Below, piece after piece: positions 36,555 to 45,490 of a stretch of DNA of 64,000 nt. This DNA is from Candidatus Magasanikiibacteriota bacterium. Lineage in GTDB: Bacteria; Patescibacteriota; Patescibacteriia; Magasanikbacterales; GWA2-37-8. Location: NCBI GenBank assembly GCA_030650025.1, contig JAUSEN010000007.1, forward strand, positions 9,472 to 73,471. Direction: 5' to 3'. Position numbers and translations under genes: made by a program. The notes below the pieces were generated by a model. The model did no database searches, was not told the DNA's origin, and saw nothing but the letters and a program-made list of their open reading frames with translations. How positions within the stretch are numbered: the first letter of the stretch is position 1; each line of letters starts with the position of its first letter.

Positions 36555-37280
36555 ATGTCCACCAAAAAACTCCTCGTCCTCGCCTTGCCTGCTTTATGTT
36601 CGGCCATATTTTTAATAGGCGGCACAGCGCAAGCCGAAACAGTTAGTTCTTCGGTGGCTGGCTTTAGCCTAAAAGCCGGCACTTCCGACCCGGTGATCAG
36701 GAATATTACCATTACTAACCCGCCAGTTTCTGTTTCTGGGACTATTTCCGGGACTATTATTGTAGGCAATGTTTTTGGATTTCGCAGTCCATCGTATACT
36801 GCTACTGCTCCGGCTATCATCTCGGCGACGGCTACTACTCGCGGCTCTTCGGCTACCACCGCCGATATTTCCATTGGCGTTATCGCGCCTGTCGGTTCGT
36901 CTGTCGCCGGGAGCAATGTCATTATTATTAACCCCGCTACGATTCCGGCTACCTCTGCCACTGCGCCAAACCATCAACCGGCCCCGGTGGTATTACTCGC
37001 GCCAGCCCGCCAAGATACCCTGGCTGAAGTCGCCAAACCACAATCTTCGGCTGTCTCCTCGGCGTTAGTGGTTGAGCCAACCGCGGCCGAGCAAGCCGAA
37101 ATTGCCGCCTGGTTTGAAGATAAAAAACCGGTTGAAAAGAAGATAATAAAAAAGACAATTAAAAAAACCGTCGCCACTAAAAAAATTATCGCCGCTAAAA
37201 AAGTTGTTAAGAAAAAAACCGTAAAAATTATCAAACAGTCGGTTGTTAAAGTCAAGAAAAATTCCGCGCCAGCCAGATAA
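36555..37280 (+). CDS. secreted Thr/Ser/Ala-rich protein with Lys-rich C-terminal tail
   Basis: Signal peptide (..TAQA), tail of KK repeats. Confidence 0.75.
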   Translation: MSTKKLLVLALPALCSAIFLIGGTAQAETVSSSVAGFSLKAGTSDPVIRNITITNPPVSVSGTISGTIIVGNVFGFRSPSYTATAPAIISATATTRGSSATTADISIGVIAPVGSSVAGSNVIIINPATIPATSATAPNHQPAPVVLLAPARQDTLAEVAKPQSSAVSSALVVEPTAAEQAEIAAWFEDKKPVEKKIIKKTIKKTVATKKIIAAKKVVKKKTVKIIKQSVVKVKKNSAPAR

Positions 37281-37317
37281 AAGAATAACAAAATTTTAAT
37301 CCTTGGCAATAAATTGT

Positions 37318-40300
37318 ATGGAAACCATCCCTCAAAAATACGCCAGCCAGTTCCGCCGTTTTGTTTCACTGCAAATTATTGCCGGAATGATAATAAGTCT
37401 GGCCGGGCCGTTTGCTCCGGCGGTTTTGGCCGCTCCGGTTGCCAAAACCAAGCCCGCTCCGAGCGCTCTGCCGCCGTCATCCGCGAGCGCGGAACCGGTT
37501 GACTGGTCCGCCGTGGATTGGGATTCAGCAATCGTAACGATCGCCGATCAGGAAAAATTTGTATCTGCCAGGCAAGCTTTGGCCGAACAGGGAAAGGCGG
37601 CCGAGGCCAAGGCGCTCGAACCAGCGCAAACGCTCCTTAGCGACGACGCGCTGATGAAAAAGAGCGGCGTGCCCGAGGCGGCACAGATTCTGGTGCGAAA
37701 TTATCGCGAGGCAATAAAAGATTTGGGGGCTGATAAGGCGAGCGCGGCGCGCCATTCTGCGGAGCGCGAATATCTTAAGAATGCTTTACGCGTTCTTTTC
37801 CCATCCATTGCCAAACAGGATAAATTGCCGAAGGATCAGGTGATTGATTTCCGCGCGGCTCCGCGCCTCCACCCGCGCTCGGCTCAAGGAGTCAAAATAC
37901 TCAATGTCAAACCAACCGTTAAAGTTATCAATCAAACCACGGCGCCTCAATCCGCCCAAATTTTGCGCGGCGCGACAGTGCGGCAATTGCGCGCGCTTAA
38001 ACAAAAAGATTATTCTCTCCCGGCCGATACCAAACCGGTTTCTGTTCAGAACAGTGGAATTTTGCGCGCCTTCTTTGACAGCCTGTTTAGTATTCCGGCC
38101 GCGAACGCCGCCACGCCCATTATCGCCTACAGCAATGGCATAGAAAAAAAACCGCTTGATTATGCTCTGTACTATCTGGCTAACCAGCAAAATCCCGATG
38201 GCAGTTTTGGCATTGTTGATCCCTATATCAATACTATGGCGGCGCTAGAGCTGTTGGTTGATACCAATCGCACCAACAACGATCAGTACACGAGCGCGTT
38301 AAACTATTTACAGCAAACCGCGCCAGCCAATAATCGTGAAATTGCCACCCAGGCGCGCCTTTTGTTTGGCATTGGCAAAGCGCCGTCTGCCAACATCCTG
38401 CTAGACGGCTTAATGCCCAGCCAAAACAGCGACGGTGGTTTTGGCGTTTTGCCCGGCTATCAAAGCGATCTAGATTCAACTCTGGCCGCCGCCTTAGCGA
38501 TGGCGGCGGGCAATTACAGTATGAATGATAAGTTTCCCAAGACTATGGTATTTGTAGTCAATCACATTCCCGATTCTGGCGAACTGCGCTACACGGCCGA
38601 CAGCAACCCCAATTATTACCTTATCAATCAAACCGCGCAACAACTGGCGCCGTTTGCCGGGCTCACGGTTAGCGATGGACAAAACCAGGTAACCGTCCAG
38701 TCTAAAATTGACGCGCTGTTAAATTATTTGCGCTTCCAATACGACCCGGCCGAACAAAAATTGTTGGGCGCGGACGCAGCCGATAATATTATGACGCTGG
38801 AAACGTGGCGGCTTTACGGCGTAGAAAAACCTTCGGCCGCTGTTTTAGAAAAAATCGTATTAGAAAGCCAATTCGGCGATGGGTCGTTCGCTGATTCTTT
38901 CCCGATGGCCGCGCACGCCATCTACGCCCTGGCCGCGCCGGATATAATTATTACCAACGCCGCGCCCGACAATAATTTAGTTAACTATAGCGCGGCTGGT
39001 TTTTCGCTGACTATTATCAACAATGGCTACGCCACTCTAGCCACTAGCACGCTCTATTTGTTTGTGGACAATGTAGAAACCGGCCAAAATATCAACCTTC
39101 AGGATGATCAAATTACCATTTTGCCTAACCAAACTCTGCAGCTGCGCGTTACTTACCCCGACACCCCCGGCTGGATTGGCGATACTGAATTGCGCTGGTA
39201 TTTGGAAGGCGAGCGGGATTTAAATTATGACGACAATTGGTTGGTTAAAAATTTTGCGGTCGCGAGCGAGGCCAACGGCAAACCGGCTCTCCCTGGCTAT
39301 TTTTCCGTGTTTAAATATGATTATGATGGAATGCCGGCGATTATCGCCGGCATTCCGGCCAGCAAAACCGATCCTAACCGCAAGGGCTATGGACTGCTGT
39401 TTCGCCCTAAAGGATTGCCCGATTGGGAATATATGCCGTATGATCCAAAATACGTCATTATCGCTGGATTCCCCGAAGGCGCCGAGTATGAATTTACGAT
39501 CGGCGTAATAGATTTGGGCGGCGCGATTAGATATTATGACCAGCCGGTTACGGTAAAATTTTCAGCCGACAGCAGTAAATACAATGGCGCTCTGGAGGGG
39601 CGAATAACGCTGGACAATGCCGGCCACTCCGGCCTCTCATTTTTTGTGCAAGGCCAAGACACTTCACGGCCGGACGAAAACGGCGATTGGTTCAGCACCA
39701 CCAGTCCCAATGGGCGCGTGGCGGCGTGGAGTTTGGACAAAATGAATCAGGAATTGCGTTCTACCTTTGATGTCGCGCCCGGCGCCACCACTACTCCGGC
39801 GCGGATATTTACGCATCTAAAAGAAGACGCGGCCGCCCCGGTTATAGCTGGATTTGAAATTCGCTTTAAGCAGAATTTTATCGTCAAAAACCAAAAAGAA
39901 GTGGACCTGTACGCCTGGGGAAGCGATAATGTCGCGCTTAAGGAAGCGGATTTTTATTTGTGGAATCCGGCTGACAGCGCTTGGAGTTTTCTCGGCACCC
40001 AAGCGATCCCCGACAGCACAGCCTTATTTAAATGGTACGTGCCGGCGGATTTATTGGGCGAAAATTATAAAGTGAAGGCGATATTTTGGGATTACCGCGG
40101 CAACCAGTCGCTGGCCAAAGAATGGGGGCCGTTTAAAATTATTGACGGCACCGCGCCAACCTTTACCGTTACCGCGCCCGCCGCCGGCTTGCCCTGGGAG
40201 CTGGGCAAGCCGCAAACCATCGCCTGGACCACTTCTTCCACTAACCCGGTCAATTTTGTGAATATCGTTCTGCGCTACAGCCCGGTGGCGACCGAATTTC

Positions 40301-42186
40301 TTGCCGCCAACACGGCTAACTCTGGCACCATGGTTTGGACTGTGCCGACCAGTTCGTGGTATGCCGGAAAAAATGTTACGCTGGAAATCAGCGGCACTGA
40401 CAGCGGCAACTTTGAAACCGGAACGTCAGTTAGCGCGCCATTTGATATTTTAGATACCTTGGCAAATCCGCCCGCTCCTTGGGGCGCGCCCGAGGTTTGG
40501 CTGAACGACCAGGAAAATCGCAGTGTGTATTTAAGCAAATCCGAAGTGGCCATAAGTTCGGACTCGGCTGGCAGTGATCATTTAGTGTACAAGGTGACGG
40601 CCGATAATAATTTTGCCAGTCCGCGCGTAATTACCGAACAGCTTTGGTATCGTCAAAAAACTGACGGTTTTTGGTCGCAAGCGATAAAAATATATGAAAC
40701 AGTTTTGGCCACCGACAATAATTTGACGGGGTACGCGCCAATTAACAGTTTAGCGATGGCCTTGAATTCGGCCCACGTTCCGAGCTTAGTTTGGAAAAAA
40801 GGCAGTTCCGGCAGTTGTCTTGACTACAATAGCACGGAAATCTTTTTTGCGTCTTTAAATAAACAAACTGGGCAATTGGATGCTCCGCTAAACATATCCA
40901 ATAATGTCAGCGATTCCCAGGCGCCCCAGATTAGCGCCAGCCAAAGTGGATCAGTGCAGACCGCTTGGCTCGACGGCCGCGTTTGGGACGACCAGTGCTC
41001 GGTAACCGGCACGCTAACCGTCCGCTACCGAGAGTTGACTGATAATGTTTGGTCTGGAGTGGAGCAAATCGGCAACAATGTGCCCCTTTATAACCCGCGT
41101 CTGGCCACTTTAGGCTCTGTAGTGTATCTTGGCTATAACAACGATCAAAGCGTTGTCAGCCTGGCGCGCCGCGAGGCCGGCGTTTGGGGGACACCGGTAA
41201 ACCTATTGGCACCTGGCGGCAGTCTGCAGGACTTTAATTTCGCGGCCGGCATCAATAATGATCTGCATCTGGCCATGACCTTGTTTTCGTACGATCCGAA
41301 TCTCAAAAAATACTACAATCAGATTTCCTATCGGACTTTTGCCAACGGCGTCTTTGGTCCGGCTGAAGCTGTCGCTACCACCGTGCCCGGGACAAATGAC
41401 AGCCTTTATCGTCCGCTGATTGCCGTTGATCAAAATGGCGTGCCGCATGTGCTGTATGAACATTATTACAATCCGGGTGGTCGGTTTGAGCCGCGCTATA
41501 CGGCGCGTTGGCCGCTTGGTTCCTGGGCCGCGTCCCAGCCGGCGGCGCGCGCCAGCAATAATGTGAGCGGGCATCATCTGGGCTTTTCTTATCAGCCGGT
41601 TTCGCGCCAGCTGACGGCCGCCTGGCTCGATGGCTATGCCAGAGCCGACGAGGTTTTTGTAAATAATGCCGCTCCGCCATCCGCCACGGCCATAATCTAC
41701 GAAGACGCCGAAGACGGCGATACGGTGGGGTGGAAGCTTTACGCTCCCGGGTTTTCCGGCACTTATTCCATTGCTAACGTAGCCGATGATAAGGCGCACG
41801 GCCGCGCTTTGGAAGTTAAAACCAGCTATATTGAAAATGATTATTGGCTGAAGAATCCGGACGGTTCCAACTGGAATGACACTGTTTCCAAATATCTCCA
41901 ATGGGACGTTAAAACCAGTCGGGAGTTTTATGCTCTGGTTCACGTGGAAACTAATCTCGGCCCGCGGCATTTGCAGTACTCGTCAAAATATCCGAATAAA
42001 GTTTTGGGCTCTTATATTTACCTCAACCTTTCGCCGAGTCTTAAAGACGGAAGTTGGCACACCCTTACCCGCGATTTGCAGGCCGATGCCGCCTTGCTCG
42101 TGCCGGGTATTGTGATTACCAAAATTAATAGTTTCTCGGTGAGCGGTTACAGCGCGCGTTTTGATAATATTATCGGGCTTAAGTAG
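37318..42186 (+). CDS. giant secreted protein: prenyltransferase/squalene-cyclase-type alpha-alpha toroid repeats, CARDB/Ig-like domains, propeller-like region
   Basis: QNPDGSFG, QNSDGGFG, QFGDGSF repeats; PDIIIT...I.N.G...E....DN CARDB pattern. Confidence 0.85.
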   Translation: METIPQKYASQFRRFVSLQIIAGMIISLAGPFAPAVLAAPVAKTKPAPSALPPSSASAEPVDWSAVDWDSAIVTIADQEKFVSARQALAEQGKAAEAKALEPAQTLLSDDALMKKSGVPEAAQILVRNYREAIKDLGADKASAARHSAEREYLKNALRVLFPSIAKQDKLPKDQVIDFRAAPRLHPRSAQGVKILNVKPTVKVINQTTAPQSAQILRGATVRQLRALKQKDYSLPADTKPVSVQNSGILRAFFDSLFSIPAANAATPIIAYSNGIEKKPLDYALYYLANQQNPDGSFGIVDPYINTMAALELLVDTNRTNNDQYTSALNYLQQTAPANNREIATQARLLFGIGKAPSANILLDGLMPSQNSDGGFGVLPGYQSDLDSTLAAALAMAAGNYSMNDKFPKTMVFVVNHIPDSGELRYTADSNPNYYLINQTAQQLAPFAGLTVSDGQNQVTVQSKIDALLNYLRFQYDPAEQKLLGADAADNIMTLETWRLYGVEKPSAAVLEKIVLESQFGDGSFADSFPMAAHAIYALAAPDIIITNAAPDNNLVNYSAAGFSLTIINNGYATLATSTLYLFVDNVETGQNINLQDDQITILPNQTLQLRVTYPDTPGWIGDTELRWYLEGERDLNYDDNWLVKNFAVASEANGKPALPGYFSVFKYDYDGMPAIIAGIPASKTDPNRKGYGLLFRPKGLPDWEYMPYDPKYVIIAGFPEGAEYEFTIGVIDLGGAIRYYDQPVTVKFSADSSKYNGALEGRITLDNAGHSGLSFFVQGQDTSRPDENGDWFSTTSPNGRVAAWSLDKMNQELRSTFDVAPGATTTPARIFTHLKEDAAAPVIAGFEIRFKQNFIVKNQKEVDLYAWGSDNVALKEADFYLWNPADSAWSFLGTQAIPDSTALFKWYVPADLLGENYKVKAIFWDYRGNQSLAKEWGPFKIIDGTAPTFTVTAPAAGLPWELGKPQTIAWTTSSTNPVNFVNIVLRYSPVATEFLAANTANSGTMVWTVPTSSWYAGKNVTLEISGTDSGNFETGTSVSAPFDILDTLANPPAPWGAPEVWLNDQENRSVYLSKSEVAISSDSAGSDHLVYKVTADNNFASPRVITEQLWYRQKTDGFWSQAIKIYETVLATDNNLTGYAPINSLAMALNSAHVPSLVWKKGSSGSCLDYNSTEIFFASLNKQTGQLDAPLNISNNVSDSQAPQISASQSGSVQTAWLDGRVWDDQCSVTGTLTVRYRELTDNVWSGVEQIGNNVPLYNPRLATLGSVVYLGYNNDQSVVSLARREAGVWGTPVNLLAPGGSLQDFNFAAGINNDLHLAMTLFSYDPNLKKYYNQISYRTFANGVFGPAEAVATTVPGTNDSLYRPLIAVDQNGVPHVLYEHYYNPGGRFEPRYTARWPLGSWAASQPAARASNNVSGHHLGFSYQPVSRQLTAAWLDGYARADEVFVNNAAPPSATAIIYEDAEDGDTVGWKLYAPGFSGTYSIANVADDKAHGRALEVKTSYIENDYWLKNPDGSNWNDTVSKYLQWDVKTSREFYALVHVETNLGPRHLQYSSKYPNKVLGSYIYLNLSPSLKDGSWHTLTRDLQADAALLVPGIVITKINSFSVSGYSARFDNIIGLK

Positions 42187-42287
42187 GCGACCGCGCGATC
42201 TTTTTGGCGGCCAACGGTCTGACCGAAATAGTTTTTGTTGCGGATTTTTTTGAATTCCTATATACTTAAGAGCGATTAAGATTAAGT

Positions 42288-42452
42288 ATGTCCGTAATTG
42301 TTGAGTCCATCCAAGCGCTTTTGCATTCCGCCGGAGTAACCGGCGATATTGAATTAGCCGCCCCGCCTAAACCCGAGCTGGGCGATTTTGCGTTTTCCTG
42401 TTTCGCGCTCGCCAAAGAGCAGGGTGAGCCTGGTTGTATAACCGCACAATAA
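42288..42452 (+). pseudogene. argS: 5' fragment of arginyl-tRNA synthetase
   Basis: MSVIVESIQALLHSAGVTGDIELAAPPKPELGDFAFSCFALAKEQG then stop; PPxxxxGDxAxxCFxLAK is the ArgRS N-terminal signature. Confidence 0.8.
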
Positions 42453-42593
42453 AGTAAATGTCATAAATCAAGCTTAATAAATGGCTTGGTTTTTTGTTTT
42501 AGAGTGCCTTGCGGCACAGGTTTTGTTGTGGTAAAATAGCTTAAAGATAACTCAAGATAAATAATTAGATGGTTTTAAACGTATAACTAGCTT

Positions 42594-42836
42594 ATGCGAT
42601 ATTTTATCGGTATTATTAGCGCGCTTTTGGGTGTTGGCATGATCTTAAAAACCGAGTGGATTATTCAAAATTTTGGCACGAGCTCTTGGGCCGAGGCGAA
42701 AATGGGCACCAGTGGCGGAAGCCGCATGCTTTACAAATTAATCGGTTTGGCCATTATTTTTATTGGTTTTCTTCTTGTTACCAATATGTTTCAGGGTTTT
42801 TTGATGGGAACATTGGGGCGAGTTTTAATAAGGTAA
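42594..42836 (+). CDS. small two-TM membrane protein
   Basis: Two hydrophobic helices flanking FG...WAE..G..GGS. Confidence 0.8.
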   Translation: MRYFIGIISALLGVGMILKTEWIIQNFGTSSWAEAKMGTSGGSRMLYKLIGLAIIFIGFLLVTNMFQGFLMGTLGRVLIR

Positions 42837-42858
42837 TTTTTTTAAGCATCTTTCTGCT

Positions 42859-43407
42859 ATGACGCACGCTGGAAAAGCATTAATTGATCCCCATCCAGTT
42901 TTTGCGGCTGTCGGGTTAGCGCCGGGGATGCGCGTCGCGGATTTAGGTTGCGGGCGCACAGGCCATTTTGTGTTTCCCGCTTCCAGAGTGGTGGGGGAGA
43001 GCGGCCTCGTGTACGCGGTTGATATTATTAAAGATATTGTGGAGAGTATCGCTGGCCGGGTCCGCACGGAAGGTTACACCAACGTCCAAACTGCCTGGGG
43101 CGACATTGAGCGCGTGGGGGTCCTCCCCATACCGACCGGCACCATTGACGTCTGCTTCATGGTTAATGTAGTATTCATGCTTAAGGATAAATTAGGAGCC
43201 TGCCAAGAAGCGAAGCGGATTCTTAAAAGTAATGGGTTTTTGGTGGTAGTGGATTGGGTAAGGCGGCTCGGGCCGCTGGGGCCCACACCAGAGCAAATGC
43301 TAAACCCGGATATTCTAGAAAAAATGTTGATCACTGAAGGTTTTAGCAAGGTTTCGCAAATAGCAGTAGGCGACTACCATCTGGCTTATATTTATAAGAA
43401 AAATTAA
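42859..43407 (+). CDS. class I SAM-dependent methyltransferase
   Basis: VADLGCG.TG, VYAVDI, RILK..G.LVVVDW. Confidence 0.9.
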   Translation: MTHAGKALIDPHPVFAAVGLAPGMRVADLGCGRTGHFVFPASRVVGESGLVYAVDIIKDIVESIAGRVRTEGYTNVQTAWGDIERVGVLPIPTGTIDVCFMVNVVFMLKDKLGACQEAKRILKSNGFLVVVDWVRRLGPLGPTPEQMLNPDILEKMLITEGFSKVSQIAVGDYHLAYIYKKN

Positions 43408-43498
43408 GCGTCGCGCTTCAATGGACGTTGCGCGGGTCGAGTTTTAAAGGACGCAACTCGACACAATTTCGTTAAATTGCATTATCTCGTCAAATCAT
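43408..43498 (+). promoter_or_regulatory. start-codon-abutting structured element, copy 4 (double unit)
   Basis: CGCGC-TTCAATGGACGTT-GCGCG, GTCGAGTT-TTAAAGGACGC-AACTCGAC, CAATTT-CGTT-AAATTG, ..CGTC-AAATCAT-ATG; fills the whole intergenic space. Confidence 0.8.
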
Positions 43499-43891
43499 AT
43501 GAGTTTTAAAAATTTATTGCATTGGTCATACTGGATTAATCAGCCCTGGCCAGCCGAAGGCTTGGTCTTTAAAGTGTTGGTGGTTATTTTTTTGGCTTTG
43601 GTGCTGGGCGGTTTTTTGGCTTTAATTTTTAGCCAGCGCCAGCTCCCCGCTCCGCAAAAAAAATTACTGCAACGCCTAACCAGCTATGGTGTTTATATGG
43701 GTTTGGCTGGTTTAATTTGGCTCGGGTTTAGGCAGGAGCAAGTGGCTTTGTTAGGTTCGCGTTTTTGGATGCTGATTTGGGCGGTAGTATTTGTGAGGTG
43801 GTCACAGCAGATTTTAAAATATATTATTTGGCGCTTGCCAGAGGTAAAAAAAGAGCAAGCGGCCAAAGCGGCTAAAGAGAGATATTTATAA
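43499..43891 (+). CDS. membrane protein (3 TM)
   Basis: Hydrophobic helices, FRQE....L.SR motif. Confidence 0.8.
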   Translation: MSFKNLLHWSYWINQPWPAEGLVFKVLVVIFLALVLGGFLALIFSQRQLPAPQKKLLQRLTSYGVYMGLAGLIWLGFRQEQVALLGSRFWMLIWAVVFVRWSQQILKYIIWRLPEVKKEQAAKAAKERYL

Positions 43892-43907
43892 TTGGTTAAG
43901 TGGCCTT

Positions 43908-44276
43908 ATGGCGGCAATGTCCAAAAAAACCGCGGGCCAGTGGGGCGAGGATCAAGCTGTAGAGTTTTTGAAGCGCCACGGTTTTGTGGTGATTGATAGG
44001 AACTTTCAGACAACGCGAGGAGAAATAGACATCGTGGCCAAGAGAGGCGGCGATTTTTATTTTGTGGAGGTTAAAACGCGCGAGGCGGGGCCAATGGCCA
44101 CGGATTTGGCAGTGACGCCCGTAAAGCAAAGACGGTTTAAAAAGACAGTGGGGTCTTGGTGCGTAAAAAATAATATTAGCGACAGTTTCGGTTTGGTTTG
44201 CGCCACGTTAATGGTGGTGGTGAATAAATTAACAAAAAAGGTCAGTTTTAGGTTAGTGGCTTGGAAGAGCGTTTGA
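43908..44276 (+). CDS. yraN: YraN family PD-(D/E)XK endonuclease
   Basis: G..GE..A..FL, RN....GEIDIVA, FVEVKTR. Confidence 0.92.
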   Translation: MAAMSKKTAGQWGEDQAVEFLKRHGFVVIDRNFQTTRGEIDIVAKRGGDFYFVEVKTREAGPMATDLAVTPVKQRRFKKTVGSWCVKNNISDSFGLVCATLMVVVNKLTKKVSFRLVAWKSV

Positions 44277-44388
44277 CAGCGCGGTTTTTTTTTGTTATAC
44301 TGTGACCAGTTTTAAATTTACATTAAGGAAGCGTCGAAACTAACTGTGGTTAGTTTCGACGTGAATTTCCTTGCGAAAGAAAATTCAT

Positions 44389-44967
44389 ATGAATTTTAAG
44401 AAAGAGCGAACGTATGTAATGATTAAGCCCGACGGCGTCCGAAAGGGCTTGACTGGCGAAATTATTCGCCGTTTTGAGCAACGCGATTTAAAGGTGGTGG
44501 CGCTTGAGATGTTCCAACCCACTAAAGATCAAATTGATAACCACTACCCCAAAGACGAAGCGTGGCAACGCCGGCTGGGGCAAAAAACTCTCACAACTTA
44601 TGCCAAGTATGGTATTGACGCGGTTAAGGACTTGGGGACCGACGATGATTTAGCAATCGGCAAAATGGTCCGGGGGTGGCTTTTGGATTTTATGACTTCG
44701 GCGCCACTGGTGCGTATGGTGATAGAAGGCGTGCACGCGATTGATATGGTGCGCAAGATTTGCGGCAATACACTCCCTAATCTGGCCGACATGGGCACAA
44801 TTCGAGGAGACTATAGCGCGGATTCTCCGGCCGTGGCTAATTCCGAGCACCGCGCGGTCATGAACTTAGTGCATGCTTCGGAGACTGTGCAAGAAGCGGA
44901 ACACGAAATTAAGCATTGGTTTGGCGACCGGTCGGTGATTTTTGAGTATAGCCGCTTGACGGATTAA
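44389..44967 (+). CDS. ndk: nucleoside diphosphate kinase
   Basis: ERTYVMIKPDGV, GTIRGDY, NLVHAS. Confidence 0.96.
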   Translation: MNFKKERTYVMIKPDGVRKGLTGEIIRRFEQRDLKVVALEMFQPTKDQIDNHYPKDEAWQRRLGQKTLTTYAKYGIDAVKDLGTDDDLAIGKMVRGWLLDFMTSAPLVRMVIEGVHAIDMVRKICGNTLPNLADMGTIRGDYSADSPAVANSEHRAVMNLVHASETVQEAEHEIKHWFGDRSVIFEYSRLTD

Positions 44968-44977
44968 ATTGTTTTAT

Positions 44978-45005
44978 TTGACAGGTTTTTAGAGGGGAGT
45001 ATACT
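44978..45005 (+). promoter_or_regulatory. sigma70-type promoter for the ncRNA
   Basis: TTGACA-16 bp-TATACT. Confidence 0.7.
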
Positions 45006-45010
45006 ACCTA

Positions 45011-45145
45011 TAGTTTAGTGATCGGCGGCAGATACTATTCTACAAATAAATATTTTGGTTTGCCTATATTTGCTACACCCCTGGGTGTAACGTGCGGCTT
45101 ACCACCTACCCATTTGGGATAGGTTCGCCCCGAGACGCTAAACTA
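45011..45145 (+). ncRNA. ssrS: probable 6S RNA (compact)
   Basis: Ends pair (TAGTTTAGTG/CGCTAAACTA), A/U-rich central bubble, inner stem TGGT..GCC/GGC..ACCA, own promoter and terminator, no ORF. Confidence 0.65.
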
Positions 45146-45175
45146 AAAAATCCTCACCATGCGTGGGGAATTTTT
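45146..45175 (+). terminator. terminator of the ncRNA
   Basis: TCCTCAC/GTGGGGA hairpin followed by T-run. Confidence 0.6.
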
Positions 45176-45180
45176 ATACA

Positions 45181-45203
45181 AAAAAACCGGCCGCGGCCGG
45201 TTT
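45181..45203 (-). terminator. terminator of rpmB
   Basis: AAACCGGCCGCGGCCGGTTT palindrome with T-run on the minus strand. Confidence 0.7.
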
Positions 45204-45210
45204 GGGTCGA

Positions 45211-45387
45211 TTAGGCCATTTGTTTGGCCATAGTCCGGCGGCAGGTAGAGCAAACTTTGACGCGTTCGCCTTTAATGGTCAAAAGTTGTAAATTAGGCTT
45301 TTGGCGGCGCGGCACTTTGATGTTGGAGTGGCTCACGTGGTTGGCGCGGACCGCGGATTTTCCACAATTGGTGCAGGAGCGGCTCAT
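45211..45387 (-). CDS. rpmB: 50S ribosomal protein L28
   Basis: MSRSC..CGK, VSHSN, R..KPNLQ, VC..C. Confidence 0.96.
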   Translation of the reverse strand: MSRSCTNCGKSAVRANHVSHSNIKVPRRQKPNLQLLTIKGERVKVCSTCRRTMAKQMA

Positions 45388-45490
45388 AGGTTGAAATTTA
45401 ACAAATAATAGAGTATAATAAGAGAAAGTGGAAACATTATACAAGCTAGAGGTTTTTTTGTCAACTATTAAATATTGATTAGTAAAAAAT

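Larger units (their letters stand above)
29472..42452. mobile_element. putative genomic island (toxin/surface protein cluster); no integrase seen
   Basis: Starts at the tRNA-Leu 3' end, ends in a truncated argS, has a compositional shift and interrupts housekeeping context. Confidence 0.55.

Noticed and set aside
42400-42500. attR duplicate of the tRNA-Leu 3' end
   Set aside because: No copy of TCTCCTGGGCA seen and no integrase in the island
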